DNA of 64,000 nucleotides, from NCBI GenBank assembly GCA_001822835.1, contig MHSS01000005.1, positions 1,719 through 65,718 on the forward strand, given 5' to 3'. Every line of letters starts with the position of its first letter. Positions within the stretch are counted from its first letter, which is position 1. Source of the stretch: Candidatus Terrybacteria bacterium RIFCSPHIGHO2_01_FULL_48_17 (lineage in GTDB: Bacteria; Patescibacteriota; Minisyncoccia; Terrybacterales; 2-01-FULL-58-14). The notes below the pieces were generated by a model. That model saw only the letters and a program-made list of their open reading frames with translations, was not told the origin of the DNA and made no database searches. A program made the translations under genes and the position numbers. Below are positions 35,099 through 45,437 of this stretch, one piece after another.

Positions 35099-37324
35099 AT
35101 GCAGGATTTTTTATATTCCTATGCTATCCTACAATCGATGTTACGCTTTGAGGATTCGATAACACGGCTGCCTTCGGTTACCCAACAGTTGGCACGAAAG
35201 CTTGAGAAGGGGCTTGATATTCGTTCAATCCGCGATCTTTTATGGCACATCCCCTCTCGTTATGAAGACATCAACGCCATAGTGCCCATTGCGGAATTAA
35301 AAGACGGACAACATGCAACTGTTGAAGGAACGGTTGAACAAGTAGGGGTTTCGCGCACGTGGAAACGGCGGATGATTATCGTGGAAGCGCTCGTATCGGA
35401 TGCAAGCGCTTCGGTAAAGGTGCTGTGGTTTAACCAACCGTGGATAGTACAGAAAATAAAACAGGGCACAACTTTGCTGCTTTCTGGTAAATACTCCCGG
35501 AGCCAACGTGGTAATTATTTTGCCCCATTGTTTTGGGAAACAATAGCACAGGGGTCAGGGTACAGAGTACAGGGTACAGGAACCCAAAATCAGGGCGCAG
35601 GGTTATTGGCGATATATCCAGAAACCGAGGGAGTGAGCTCGCGGTGGCTGCGCTTTTTGGTACGTGCAACCCTTCAAAAACTTGGCGGAGTTGCAGAAAC
35701 GCTTCCTGAAACCATACGCCGCGAACAAAACTTGATGCCGCTTGAGGCAGCGATACGAATCATACATACCCCCAGCCAACTTCCCGATGCCGAGGAGGCA
35801 AAACGCCGGCTCGAATTTGAGGAACTGTTTACCCTTGAATGCGCGGTCTTGCAATCGCGCGCACGCCTGGCCAACCGAAAAGCTGCACAAATTTCTATGG
35901 ACGTTAACCTTATTAAGAAGTTTATTGCAACGCTGCCGTGGAAATTAACAGATGCGCAACGTAAAGCAACATTTCAGATTTTGCGAGATATGGAATATGA
36001 ACATCCCATGAACCGCCTGCTGGCAGGAGAGGTGGGATCTGGGAAAACGCTTGTTGCTGCAATCGCGATGTTAAACGCCGCAAAACAGGGCTATCAATCG
36101 GTCCTTATGGCGCCAACGGAAATTCTTGCACAACAGCATTTCAAAACGCTTTCGCAAGCACTGAAACCGTTTCGGGTGCGCCTCGCACTTCTCACCGGTT
36201 CAAGCGCAAAAGTAACCCCAAAAAAGGCGGGGGAACGGTGGATAAAAATTTCGCGTCCTAAAATGTGGGATGAAATACAAAAAGGCGCCATTGATATATT
36301 GGTGGGGACACACGCGCTTATAGCGCGCAAGAAACAAGATACAAGATACAAGAAACAAACACCATTAAAACCAAGCGGCGAATTGCAATTTAAAGCATTG
36401 GGGTTGGCGATTGTGGACGAGCAGCACCGTTTTGGTGTAAATCAACGCGCCCGATTACAAAAAATGCATCAAGCATTGAACCTGGAACGTAAAACGTGGA
36501 ACCCGCATTTTCTTACCATGACCGCAACCCCGATTCCCCGCTCACTGGCCTTAACTATTTTTGGCGATCTTGACCTCTCTACCATGAGCGAACTCCCCAA
36601 AGAGCGAGTGCCCATTGCCACCGAAATTATCCTGTCTCACATGCGCCCGCGCGCTTATGAGCTTATACGGCAGGAAATTGCACATAAGCATCAAGCATTC
36701 GTCATCTGCCCCTTGGTGAAAAAATCAGAGAAACTCGCAGCCAAAGCCGCAGAAGAAGAATATGCGCGGCTTTCCAAGGAAATCTTCTCTGATTTGCGCG
36801 TGGGGCTTTTGCACGGCCAAATGGACGCACGGGAAAAAGAAAGGGCCATGCAGGAAATGAAGCGTGGGAAAATAGACGTTTTGGTTGCAACCTCGGTGGT
36901 GGAAGTCGGAATAGATATTCCCAACGCCACCATTATCATGATTGAAGGAGCAGAACGCTTCGGGCTGGCGCAGTTGTATCAAATGCGTGGCAGGGTAGGA
37001 AGAGCACAACACCCCTCACGATGCTTATTGTTGGTGGAACGCGAAGGGTCTGTGGCGATGCGGCGTCTTCGCGCAATGACAGAAGCCGCTTCGGGACCAG
37101 AACTTGCAAAAAAAGATCTTGAAATACGGGGCGCGGGAGAGCTTGCGGGCACACGGCAATCGGGAATGCCCGACCTTGCTATGCAGGCAATTGGCAACCT
37201 TACACTCATTGAACAAACACGGGAGGCGGCAAGAAAACTTCTTCGAGAGGATCCCTTTTTAAAACAACAGCCGGCTCTTGCAAAACGCGTGGGGAATATT
37301 TCAGAGCAATTGCATTTGTCGTAA
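35099..37324 (+). CDS. recG: ATP-dependent DNA helicase RecG
   Basis: Wedge/OB N-terminus, Walker A LAGEVGSGKTLVAAIAM, DEQHRFGV, motifs VATSVVEVGIDIPNAT and QMRGRVGR. Confidence 0.9.
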   Translation: MQDFLYSYAILQSMLRFEDSITRLPSVTQQLARKLEKGLDIRSIRDLLWHIPSRYEDINAIVPIAELKDGQHATVEGTVEQVGVSRTWKRRMIIVEALVSDASASVKVLWFNQPWIVQKIKQGTTLLLSGKYSRSQRGNYFAPLFWETIAQGSGYRVQGTGTQNQGAGLLAIYPETEGVSSRWLRFLVRATLQKLGGVAETLPETIRREQNLMPLEAAIRIIHTPSQLPDAEEAKRRLEFEELFTLECAVLQSRARLANRKAAQISMDVNLIKKFIATLPWKLTDAQRKATFQILRDMEYEHPMNRLLAGEVGSGKTLVAAIAMLNAAKQGYQSVLMAPTEILAQQHFKTLSQALKPFRVRLALLTGSSAKVTPKKAGERWIKISRPKMWDEIQKGAIDILVGTHALIARKKQDTRYKKQTPLKPSGELQFKALGLAIVDEQHRFGVNQRARLQKMHQALNLERKTWNPHFLTMTATPIPRSLALTIFGDLDLSTMSELPKERVPIATEIILSHMRPRAYELIRQEIAHKHQAFVICPLVKKSEKLAAKAAEEEYARLSKEIFSDLRVGLLHGQMDAREKERAMQEMKRGKIDVLVATSVVEVGIDIPNATIIMIEGAERFGLAQLYQMRGRVGRAQHPSRCLLLVEREGSVAMRRLRAMTEAASGPELAKKDLEIRGAGELAGTRQSGMPDLAMQAIGNLTLIEQTREAARKLLREDPFLKQQPALAKRVGNISEQLHLS

Positions 37325-37380
37325 CAAACTGAAGCACAAGGATATGCAAACGTAAAAAACGGCCGTGTGGGCCGTTTTTC

Positions 37381-37950
37381 TTACACCAACGCTGTTTCTG
37401 CGCGCGCACAGGCCTTACATAATTCCGCATAAAGATAGGGATGCGTTTTTTCTGCAAGCGGCACAAACACCTCATAGGTTTCCTTCAAATATCGTCGCTG
37501 TTTGCGGCGGGTACAATCGCAAAGCGTACGGATGTTATGCAAACGATCGCATAATTTTACCACTCGTTCCCGCCAGTCAAGGAACAAAAATCCACTGAAA
37601 TACTCGCGCTCTTGTTCTGCGGAAAGCCCCCGCTCTTTAGTCATGATACGCACTAAACGATACGTGCCCTTGCCGAAGTTATTCTCAATTTCCTGCCACG
37701 GGATATCCGGTCTATCCTCAAGCACGTCATGTAGCAATGCCGCCATGATCATTTCAGGATCGTAATGGGCAAGCTCATCCATAAGGATAAGCGCTACTGC
37801 CTTAGGGTGTTCGAAATAGCGCCCGCCGCCATCGCGCAACTGCCCTCGATGGGCTTCTTTGGCGAAACGGTACGCCTTCATAATAAGACGCATTTGTTCA
37901 TCAGTTGCTTTACCTATAAGCCGTGCGGCAAAACGATCGCTATCGCGCAA
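37381..37950 (-). CDS. HD-domain (p)ppGpp hydrolase-like protein (RelA/SpoT-homolog small alarmone hydrolase)
   Basis: RYFEHP, LLHDVLED and KLCDRLHNIRTL match the Rel/Spo HD hydrolase domain. There is no synthetase domain. Confidence 0.65.
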   Translation of the reverse strand: MRDSDRFAARLIGKATDEQMRLIMKAYRFAKEAHRGQLRDGGGRYFEHPKAVALILMDELAHYDPEMIMAALLHDVLEDRPDIPWQEIENNFGKGTYRLVRIMTKERGLSAEQEREYFSGFLFLDWRERVVKLCDRLHNIRTLCDCTRRKQRRYLKETYEVFVPLAEKTHPYLYAELCKACARAETALV

Positions 37951-38021
37951 TTTGGTTACCTCCTAAAATAAAAGAACGATACACCACGGTATCATTCCAG
38001 AAAGAAAAAGGCAATAGATTT

Positions 38022-39614
38022 TTATTTTTTATCTTTCCGTACTTTCTCCGTAACCCAGAACCCCATATATCGGCCGAGCATCAGACGTGTTTGCGCCTCA
38101 AGCGCGGGAAGAGCGCCAAAAATGATAACAGTTACGGGAAACAAAACCCATTGCAACACCAGCGTTGCGTAGACCCACCCCGCAACTCGTTTTGGTTTTG
38201 GAGGCATTAACAAAAGAGATAACGCTCCATTCACCAGCATTCCAACCATCCCGATGGTTAATATGGCACGGGTAAGCGTGGGTAAACGGAATCCGAGCAC
38301 GGACTCGCGGAACGCCTCTCCCCCAAGCGCCAATGGAAGCCAGCCCAACGCGAAAATAATTATGGCTGCGCATGGCCACATCCAAAAACCTTCGATCATT
38401 AAATAGGCGTAGCGGATTTTCTTGCGAAATGGGATGTGCTTATTTTTTATGAAACCGGTGAGAGTATAGGCGATCTTTTCCGCCCCGTACCCCCACCGTC
38501 TTTGCTGGCGATATACATTGTACGCCGTACGCAACGTGCTTTTTGCAAGATTCGCGTCCATAGATACCGGATAGTACAATGGCACAATTTGCCAATCGCC
38601 ATCGTATGCCAATAAACACTGATAAAAAATAAGCGAATCCTCGGAGACCACTTTTGTGTTCCAAAACCCAATTTCAACCAAGGCCTTCAAGGGCATCGAG
38701 TGAGAAGAGAACGTCTCCATGGCTTCGGGGCGCTGCTGTTGCATCAGTTGCCAAACGGTATTTGAGGTTGCGGCAATGCGAGAAAAGGCGGGGGCGTCCC
38801 AAATATTATTATTAAACAGCGGTATTGGCTGATAGCTTGAACGCAGCGGTTTTTCGGCCGTAAGGTAGTGATATGTTACGCACAAAAAATAATCGGGCTC
38901 AAGGTGCGTATCAATATCAAGGGACGACACCAAAACGTGCTCGTAGGGAATGCGCGCGGCGTCAATTAGTAGCTCAACGGCCTTCCGGGCGGCCCACGCC
39001 TCGTTCGATCCCTTTCCCGAAAGCTCCCCCACAATATCTTGCGGATGAGTGGTGATCAGAAACGCGCCGAAGGATTCTTTAAAGTCATTTTGCATGCGGT
39101 GAGCAAGTTTTTGTGAGGACTTCCCCGCCCGTTCCTCGAGTGCCAAAACCACCAAAAGACGTTCCTTAGGATAACGAACGTGCGCAAGCGCCCCAAGCGT
39201 CGGGCGAACAACTTCTTCACCCTCTTGAAACATAGGAAGGATAACAAGATGATAAACGTCCTTCCACGAGTGAATAGTAGATAGTGAATAACGCGTAGTG
39301 GGCAGGTCCTCTAGACGTTTAAGCCAGTCGATTTTGCGGGTACGGCGTAACCGTCCATACGTAAATAAAGCCAAAATCGCAAGATAGATTGCCCGCAAAA
39401 TCCAATAAATATCAAACGCGATGATAAAAAGAGCAACCCACACGGGTTGCAACCACGAAAAAAGTACGGCACAAAAAAATGTCGTCCACGCCAAAGTGCC
39501 GGGAAGCATTTCAAGTGCACGCCGCAATATGCGATTTTTCCCCGCAGGAACGGTGGGGGCTGTTCCCCATAAAAGATAGGGTTTATCACCGGTAAGATCA
39601 AGAGTGCTGTTCAT
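38022..39614 (-). CDS. family 2 processive glycosyltransferase (cellulose-synthase-like) with integral membrane domain
   Basis: The D,D,D,Q(Q/R)xRW motif set is present, including VYRQQRRWGYG. Several TM helices flank the catalytic domain. Confidence 0.75.
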   Translation of the reverse strand: MNSTLDLTGDKPYLLWGTAPTVPAGKNRILRRALEMLPGTLAWTTFFCAVLFSWLQPVWVALFIIAFDIYWILRAIYLAILALFTYGRLRRTRKIDWLKRLEDLPTTRYSLSTIHSWKDVYHLVILPMFQEGEEVVRPTLGALAHVRYPKERLLVVLALEERAGKSSQKLAHRMQNDFKESFGAFLITTHPQDIVGELSGKGSNEAWAARKAVELLIDAARIPYEHVLVSSLDIDTHLEPDYFLCVTYHYLTAEKPLRSSYQPIPLFNNNIWDAPAFSRIAATSNTVWQLMQQQRPEAMETFSSHSMPLKALVEIGFWNTKVVSEDSLIFYQCLLAYDGDWQIVPLYYPVSMDANLAKSTLRTAYNVYRQQRRWGYGAEKIAYTLTGFIKNKHIPFRKKIRYAYLMIEGFWMWPCAAIIIFALGWLPLALGGEAFRESVLGFRLPTLTRAILTIGMVGMLVNGALSLLLMPPKPKRVAGWVYATLVLQWVLFPVTVIIFGALPALEAQTRLMLGRYMGFWVTEKVRKDKK

Positions 39615-39680
39615 GCCTTTCCTATATTACCGCAAGATTACGACAAAAAACAAACCCACCTTGTTGGTGGGTTTTTTGTT

Positions 39681-41033
39681 TTACATTCCAGGCAACCGTG
39701 GCTGATCTTGTGTAAATGGATGAAAATCGCCCAAGGTCTTGCGTACAATATCGCCAGTTGCCGGGTCAGCCGTTTCTTCTACTTCGATCCAACCGCGAAT
39801 CGGTTCCCCTTGTCTTTGGGGGGCTTTCTGTAAATCTCGAAACCGAAGCGTCACAGGATTTCCCCAAAGGTCCGCGATATCCGGCACAATATGATCCATG
39901 GCTATTCTTTGGTTAAGGTATTTTCCCTCAAATATATGTTCGAGCGAAAGCGTACCATCGCCATCAACTCCTAAAATCCGAATTTTGGGATGGCGCTCAC
40001 GCCCAATGTTTTGTGCAAGGACTTCTTTAATGATTTGAAATTCCTGCGGATCATCGGGCAATTCGTTTACCACGAGATTCCCGCGAGAAATCTTAGTTCC
40101 CGAAGCCGTGCCCAAACCGCACTGCTCCGCAACGTCTTGGGTAAGATACGCCCGCACAAAATCGGAATCGTCAAGACAGTTTTGCGCTACCGCAAGGCAC
40201 TCGGCAGAACCGAAACGCGCTTCGACAGATGCAAACATCCAAAACCCTACCAAATGCGGACGTATGCCAACCATAGGATTTTGAGGCAGCATCAATAACT
40301 GCGCGATAATGCGCGAGATATCAACGGCATTTTCCGCCGGAAAAATAAGTTCGTGCAGCACCTTCATTTGTGCCCACATGGTAAACCCTTCGTCGCACAG
40401 CGAAAGATATTCATCTGCAGCAATAAGAGGCCACTCATCCTCAACCATCTGTAAGATATCGCGTCTCCACGAAGGCATTCTTGGATTTAAGGCAGGATCT
40501 TTCAGGATGGAAAGTATTCCTCCTTCGGGCGCAACGTCTAAACCCCATTGCCGCCGCACTTTGTGGGCTGAGGAGATAGTATGCTCAATAACATCAAGGC
40601 CATACTGGTTTACAAGTGCACGGACACAACGAGCGTGATCTCTTACCTGTTCTGGGGTTATCCGCAAAAATGCATTTTGATATGCGATATTGCTTTCAGT
40701 AAACGCATGGTGAATACGCGTATGGAGCCACGTAAAACACGCAAGGGCTCGAGATCGGGAAATAGGCAACCATGTCATGCGTCCCGGAACGCCACGAATA
40801 TCAAAAAACAAAAATGGCTTTTTTGCTGCGTCCTCTAAAAACTCGAGACGCTTTCCAGACGACCAGTGAGGGTAACGCACCGGAAACTCACGCCATGCTT
40901 TATACGCAACAACAGCAGGCGTTTCACAAAGCTCCACATCAAGATCGGGGCTCGGCAATCCAAGGCGTTTAAGAATCGGCACGATTTGTGCATCAAATTC
41001 TACCATCATTGCTTCAGGAGACATGCTCTTCAC
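39681..41033 (-). CDS. spoVR: SpoVR/YcgB family protein
   Basis: ~450 aa. It lies directly downstream of yeaH-like and prkA genes (conserved triad) and overlaps yeaH by 20 nt. Confidence 0.7.
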   Translation of the reverse strand: MKSMSPEAMMVEFDAQIVPILKRLGLPSPDLDVELCETPAVVAYKAWREFPVRYPHWSSGKRLEFLEDAAKKPFLFFDIRGVPGRMTWLPISRSRALACFTWLHTRIHHAFTESNIAYQNAFLRITPEQVRDHARCVRALVNQYGLDVIEHTISSAHKVRRQWGLDVAPEGGILSILKDPALNPRMPSWRRDILQMVEDEWPLIAADEYLSLCDEGFTMWAQMKVLHELIFPAENAVDISRIIAQLLMLPQNPMVGIRPHLVGFWMFASVEARFGSAECLAVAQNCLDDSDFVRAYLTQDVAEQCGLGTASGTKISRGNLVVNELPDDPQEFQIIKEVLAQNIGRERHPKIRILGVDGDGTLSLEHIFEGKYLNQRIAMDHIVPDIADLWGNPVTLRFRDLQKAPQRQGEPIRGWIEVEETADPATGDIVRKTLGDFHPFTQDQPRLPGM

Positions 41034-42450
41034 CTCGCTCTTGGGTAAACCTAATCAATGATCGGGCTGCTTTCACTAAACGCTCTTCATCCATTACGCG
41101 GGGTCCCACCCACATATGATGGAAACGGCGTGCGACGGCAAACATAATATTCATAATCGTACTGTCCTGCAAATTCGGCCCGGTTCTTGAATCAACCTCA
41201 AGGTAGCCAAAAAAATCAATTTCTTCTAGGAGCGACTCAAGCACTGCAATCATTCGTGGATTGTCAGTGAAACTGTTTTCGCCGTCGGACAAGTGCCATA
41301 CCACACGGTTAAACAACTCTCGTGGATAATGTTTCTGGAGAAGTCGCAAGGCCTCTCTATAACCAGAGGAAATCTCGGTCCCGCCACCAGATGTAAGATG
41401 AAAAAACTTCCATTCCGACGTCTGCCATCCCTCGGTATGATGCAATACAAAGACAATCTCGAAACCAGGAAATAGGCTGCGCAACGCCAACGCAAGATCA
41501 AGGGAAAAGCTACGCGACCAGCGCCGCTTTTTTTCATCCATAGATCCGGAAACGTCGCGAATGAGCACCAAAACGACATTGGTTGCGGGCTCCATTTCCT
41601 CGGCGCGGTAGCGAAACTTGATATCATCTTCCCAGAAGGGTTCTGATTTTTTCCTTTTGCTGTCGTCTCCAAACATGGTAGAGACGCGGGAGAGACGATC
41701 TTTGGCGCTTCTGAAAATATTGCGCATTGCCCACGGGCCTCGCTTGCGGTGACCTTTGGGAGTACGTTGGCGCAAACGCTCAAAAAACGGCAGCGAAACT
41801 TCGCGAAGATCAGGGAGTTTCAAATCCTCAAATTCTTTACGGGCAATATCGGTTGTATTCAGATCCGCTTCAAACCTCTGCTCCTTCGCCGGCTCGGTGC
41901 CAGCCCCCGATCCCTCGCGCAACGAAAGCGGCTCCTGGCCTTCGCCCTCTTCGCCCCCCTCGCCCTCATCGGATGTGCCTGGTTGACCTTCGCCCTCTTC
42001 GCCCTGCCCCGCCTCTGGTTTGCCTCGCTGGACTTCCTGCCCACGCTCAAGATCCTGGCCTTCAACTACCTCACGATTACGCGGAACCGACTGCTTTTGT
42101 CGCGTTTGTCGGGATGCGCCGGATCCCTCGCCTTCCCCCTCATTTTGCTCTTCGCCCTCACCTTGCTGTGACCCGCCCTCTTGGCTGTCGCTCTTTTCAT
42201 CGCCTTCCCCTTCGTTTTTTTCTGGTTGGCCTTGCGAATCTACAAATTCAAACTCATACTCCCGCAGGGGAGGAATGCGAACGCGCGTTGGGGTGTTAGG
42301 ATCATGTGATAATATTTCAAGCCCTAGGGCCTCAACAATATCAATCTGCTTTTCCTTAAGCGCCCGAACCGCAAGCTCAGCATGGCGTTGGCGATCTTGC
42401 TCTAAATCAGGAAAGTCAATCTCTCGTATCACGCGGAAACGACTTGGCAT
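41014..42450 (-). CDS. YeaH/YhbH (DUF444, vWA-like) protein with a long Gly/Glu-rich acidic insertion
   Basis: A C-terminal vWA-like core (VVLVLIRDVSGSMD...) sits between prkA and spoVR. A roughly 100-aa GEGEE low-complexity stretch is present. The start was set at MPSRF (42450), with SD AAAGAGGTGAG upstream. Confidence 0.75.
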   Translation of the reverse strand: MPSRFRVIREIDFPDLEQDRQRHAELAVRALKEKQIDIVEALGLEILSHDPNTPTRVRIPPLREYEFEFVDSQGQPEKNEGEGDEKSDSQEGGSQQGEGEEQNEGEGEGSGASRQTRQKQSVPRNREVVEGQDLERGQEVQRGKPEAGQGEEGEGQPGTSDEGEGGEEGEGQEPLSLREGSGAGTEPAKEQRFEADLNTTDIARKEFEDLKLPDLREVSLPFFERLRQRTPKGHRKRGPWAMRNIFRSAKDRLSRVSTMFGDDSKRKKSEPFWEDDIKFRYRAEEMEPATNVVLVLIRDVSGSMDEKKRRWSRSFSLDLALALRSLFPGFEIVFVLHHTEGWQTSEWKFFHLTSGGGTEISSGYREALRLLQKHYPRELFNRVVWHLSDGENSFTDNPRMIAVLESLLEEIDFFGYLEVDSRTGPNLQDSTIMNIMFAVARRFHHMWVGPRVMDEERLVKAARSLIRFTQERGEEHVS

Positions 42451-42570
42451 ACTACTCACCTCTTTATTCGATGCCACCGAAATCATTATCAAAGAACAGA
42501 TAGGTGCACCGTAACACAACAAGAGTCCAAATGCAAAAACGCCGTCCCTTAGGGGACGGCGAAATTCTTA

Positions 42571-44727
42571 TTAGCTCTGCCACTCGCGAGTGGCGACATA
42601 TTCAACCAATTGCAAGGTACAGACGGGACACCAAGAAAGCCGAAGAATTCCAATGCCTTCCTGGTTATCATCGCGCTCTGCGCCAAGCCGTGTAAGTTCA
42701 TCGGCCATTAATTGCACCAATGTCTCGTCTTTTTGCATGCGTGCAAAAAGTCGTTCAAATGGGCCGTGCGAATTTTCAAAGAAAATGTCAAGCAACACAA
42801 GATTGAATGCCTTGTGTTCAGAGATATCAAAGGGCTTCCCGCAATCTTCCGCCCGTTGCTTAAACGCAAGCAATTCTTCACGGAATTTAGGCCGCGCATC
42901 AAGCGGGAGTTTAAGTTTCGATTCAATACGGTCAAGGAACGCATACTCCGCCTCCCCTGGTTTGGCCGGCGGCGACCCTTCTCTCGGAACCATGACTGCC
43001 CAGCGCCGGTATACAGCATCCTGCGAAATAAGCTCCAAATAGCGCCTGGCAAGACCTTGTAGGCTTTCAGCAAGCGCCACCGCAACCTCTTCCTTGACCC
43101 TTGGCGTTTCCAGAAGCCGCTGCAAAATTTCCAGCGTCCGCTCTTTCAGAATACGCGGCAGATACGCACGGAGTGTCGAGAGATTGCTCTTTTGAACTTC
43201 CTCGAAACGCGGCCCTTCGTACGTTGAACGAACGCGAGGGAAAAGTTCGTCAATAACCATCTGTGGCGACACGCACTTGTGTTTTGGGTCGCGGTCGTTG
43301 CCGTATCCAATCGCAAGATCCGACTCGCATGCTTCAAGCGCCTTCACCGTAAGCCGAGGCGAAACACCCTTGCGGCCGTCGTTTGGATAGACGCTATTTA
43401 AATGCCGCACGTCGTGGTTGCATCTGATATTGGTACCATTACGCAGCTCAACCCACTCATCAAGTTCTACGTGTTGCCCCTGATCTGCTTCGGGCTCGCG
43501 CTGCCGCGCACTTTCCACCTGAAAACGGGCCGTTGCTTCAAGCGCCAATGGCGAGAAGTGAACTCCTGTTTTCTGCGCACGCGCAAGCATTTGGGGATAC
43601 AAGTTCTCGGCAAGATTTTGATAACTCAACACGTACGGAACGAAAAAAGGCTCGATGCGATCCATAATGGCAACATTTTTGCCTGTATTGCGGAATGCTT
43701 CAAACGGTTCCCAGTTTGAATGTCCGATAACGATAGCATCGGACGATACGTTCCCGTAAAAACCGGGGGCAGGAACTAATTGTTCCTGGGTCTGCCCGAT
43801 AATAATATGCAAAAAGTCGGGCGGGTTCATGGTAAGTTCCGCAAATTCAATAATGCCGCCTTCGCCCTGGTTGAAGGCACCGGCATAGTTGCCAAGAAGC
43901 GGATGGCCTTCCTCAAATTGAAGCAATCGCCGAACCGATTCGGCACCAATCAACACGCGAACGTCCTGGTTGTTAGGATCAACGGGATAGACCGTTACAA
44001 GACCAATGCGCCTACGCACCGAAAGACGCGAGGTGGTAATGGGAATACGCTCCCATCGTTTCCACTTTGTCTTCAGCCGAAAACTACATTGCGTGCAAAG
44101 ATCCCCTTCAAGGTCAAAAGCGCGACCCAACAGTTCCTGAAGCCGAAGACGATCGTGCATGGGAAGCGCACGAAGCGGATGCTCGTGCATGGGACAGCCG
44201 TCGATATGGTAAAGATTTTCTCCCACCAACAGCTTAAACATTTTGCGCACCCACTGCGATTTACCGGTTCCCGTATCGCCCACAGGGAAAGGAACTTGGC
44301 GAGCCGCCTCACCACCCCGTCGCGCACTCTCTAAGAACTTTGCGAAACGGTCGAGAAAGCCATAAAGGTCCACAAATTCACGAAAGGAATTCCAGTTTCG
44401 CATGGCTTCTCCCGGTTGCAACCCAAGCATTCGAGCTCGGCGAGGATCGGTTTCATGCGTAATAAGCGTATAGCCGGGCTCTTCAAAAATCACCCGCCAT
44501 GCGCGTTCACGCGTGTTCTCCGCGGCCTGGGGATACTCCTTCACCAAATAAAGATATCGCTCAAGGTTTCCAGACCACTCTGTTTTCTTGCGCTCTTGGC
44601 GCTTACGGCGTTTCTGCTCTGCAATAACCTCTGCAACACCATCCCGAAATTCCCGGGAAATCGTGAGGTCGCCTTGCCTTTCCAGCGTTTTAACCACTCT
44701 CTCACCTCTTATATTTTCAAGGGTCAA
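42571..44727 (-). CDS. prkA: PrkA/YeaG-family AAA+ serine protein kinase
   Basis: 718 aa, Walker A FPVGDTGTGKSQ, and the large C-terminal PrkA domain. First gene of the prkA-yeaH-spoVR module. Confidence 0.8.
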   Translation of the reverse strand: MTLENIRGERVVKTLERQGDLTISREFRDGVAEVIAEQKRRKRQERKKTEWSGNLERYLYLVKEYPQAAENTRERAWRVIFEEPGYTLITHETDPRRARMLGLQPGEAMRNWNSFREFVDLYGFLDRFAKFLESARRGGEAARQVPFPVGDTGTGKSQWVRKMFKLLVGENLYHIDGCPMHEHPLRALPMHDRLRLQELLGRAFDLEGDLCTQCSFRLKTKWKRWERIPITTSRLSVRRRIGLVTVYPVDPNNQDVRVLIGAESVRRLLQFEEGHPLLGNYAGAFNQGEGGIIEFAELTMNPPDFLHIIIGQTQEQLVPAPGFYGNVSSDAIVIGHSNWEPFEAFRNTGKNVAIMDRIEPFFVPYVLSYQNLAENLYPQMLARAQKTGVHFSPLALEATARFQVESARQREPEADQGQHVELDEWVELRNGTNIRCNHDVRHLNSVYPNDGRKGVSPRLTVKALEACESDLAIGYGNDRDPKHKCVSPQMVIDELFPRVRSTYEGPRFEEVQKSNLSTLRAYLPRILKERTLEILQRLLETPRVKEEVAVALAESLQGLARRYLELISQDAVYRRWAVMVPREGSPPAKPGEAEYAFLDRIESKLKLPLDARPKFREELLAFKQRAEDCGKPFDISEHKAFNLVLLDIFFENSHGPFERLFARMQKDETLVQLMADELTRLGAERDDNQEGIGILRLSWCPVCTLQLVEYVATREWQS

Positions 44728-44785
44728 TATACGTAATTACAGTGTTAAATATATCCTCTCAAATGTCAACACGCGCGCGCCAAAC

Positions 44786-45382
44786 TTATATATGCAGTGT
44801 TGGCTTAATGCGCTGAAAATCGTCCTCGAGCCGTTTCCATACCTCAAATGTTGCCATGGCATCGGGCAGGGCACTATGAGCACCCTCGGCAGAAACCCCA
44901 AATGCTTCACGCGCAACGCGCAAACCAAATCTTGGCCCGAACTCTTCTTCCCGCCCCACAAGCTTTGCCCAGCGTATAAAGTCCATCTTGATATCGTGCC
45001 AAGTGTAGTCAATTCCACAGCCGGAAATAGTGAACCCTGCCCTGTTTAGCGCTGTTTCCAAAAACGCGCGGTCAAACCCCACATTCCAACCGCAAGGAGT
45101 GGAACCGGAGAGTATGCCGCATAGCTTTTGCATGGCTTCCTGTTGTGGCAATGCGCCCTGCCATGCTTCGGGCGTAAAATGGTTAATCGCAAGCGATTCT
45201 GGGTCGGCAATTTCCAGATGCTCTGGCATAATTTTCAACTCATGCGTATCTTTCAACTCCCTTGTTTTTGGATCAACCATTGCAATGCCAACCTCGATAA
45301 TCTCGTGACTGCCGGGGTCGCGGCCGGTTGTTTCAATATCGAGAAAAGCAAGATGCGAATATTCCTGTAACATGCGTTTCAT
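44786..45382 (-). CDS. DnaQ-like DEDDh 3'-5' exonuclease
   Basis: Exo I motif FLDIETTG, Exo II WNVGFDRAFL, Exo III H...SALPDAMAT. Confidence 0.75.
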   Translation of the reverse strand: MKRMLQEYSHLAFLDIETTGRDPGSHEIIEVGIAMVDPKTRELKDTHELKIMPEHLEIADPESLAINHFTPEAWQGALPQQEAMQKLCGILSGSTPCGWNVGFDRAFLETALNRAGFTISGCGIDYTWHDIKMDFIRWAKLVGREEEFGPRFGLRVAREAFGVSAEGAHSALPDAMATFEVWKRLEDDFQRIKPTLHI

Positions 45383-45437
45383 TATAACTGTTTGCGCCCT
45401 CATTGCAAACAAAAACGCACGGTTAACCCGTGCGCGT

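Noticed and set aside
35540-35590. gggtacag x3 microrepeat
   Set aside because: A short coding-region microsatellite inside recG (SGYRVQGTGTQ). Not a separate feature.
41727-42514. Several 140-190-aa ORFs in alternative frames inside yeaH
   Set aside because: These are artefacts of the GC-rich GAG/GGC repeats that encode the acidic linker.
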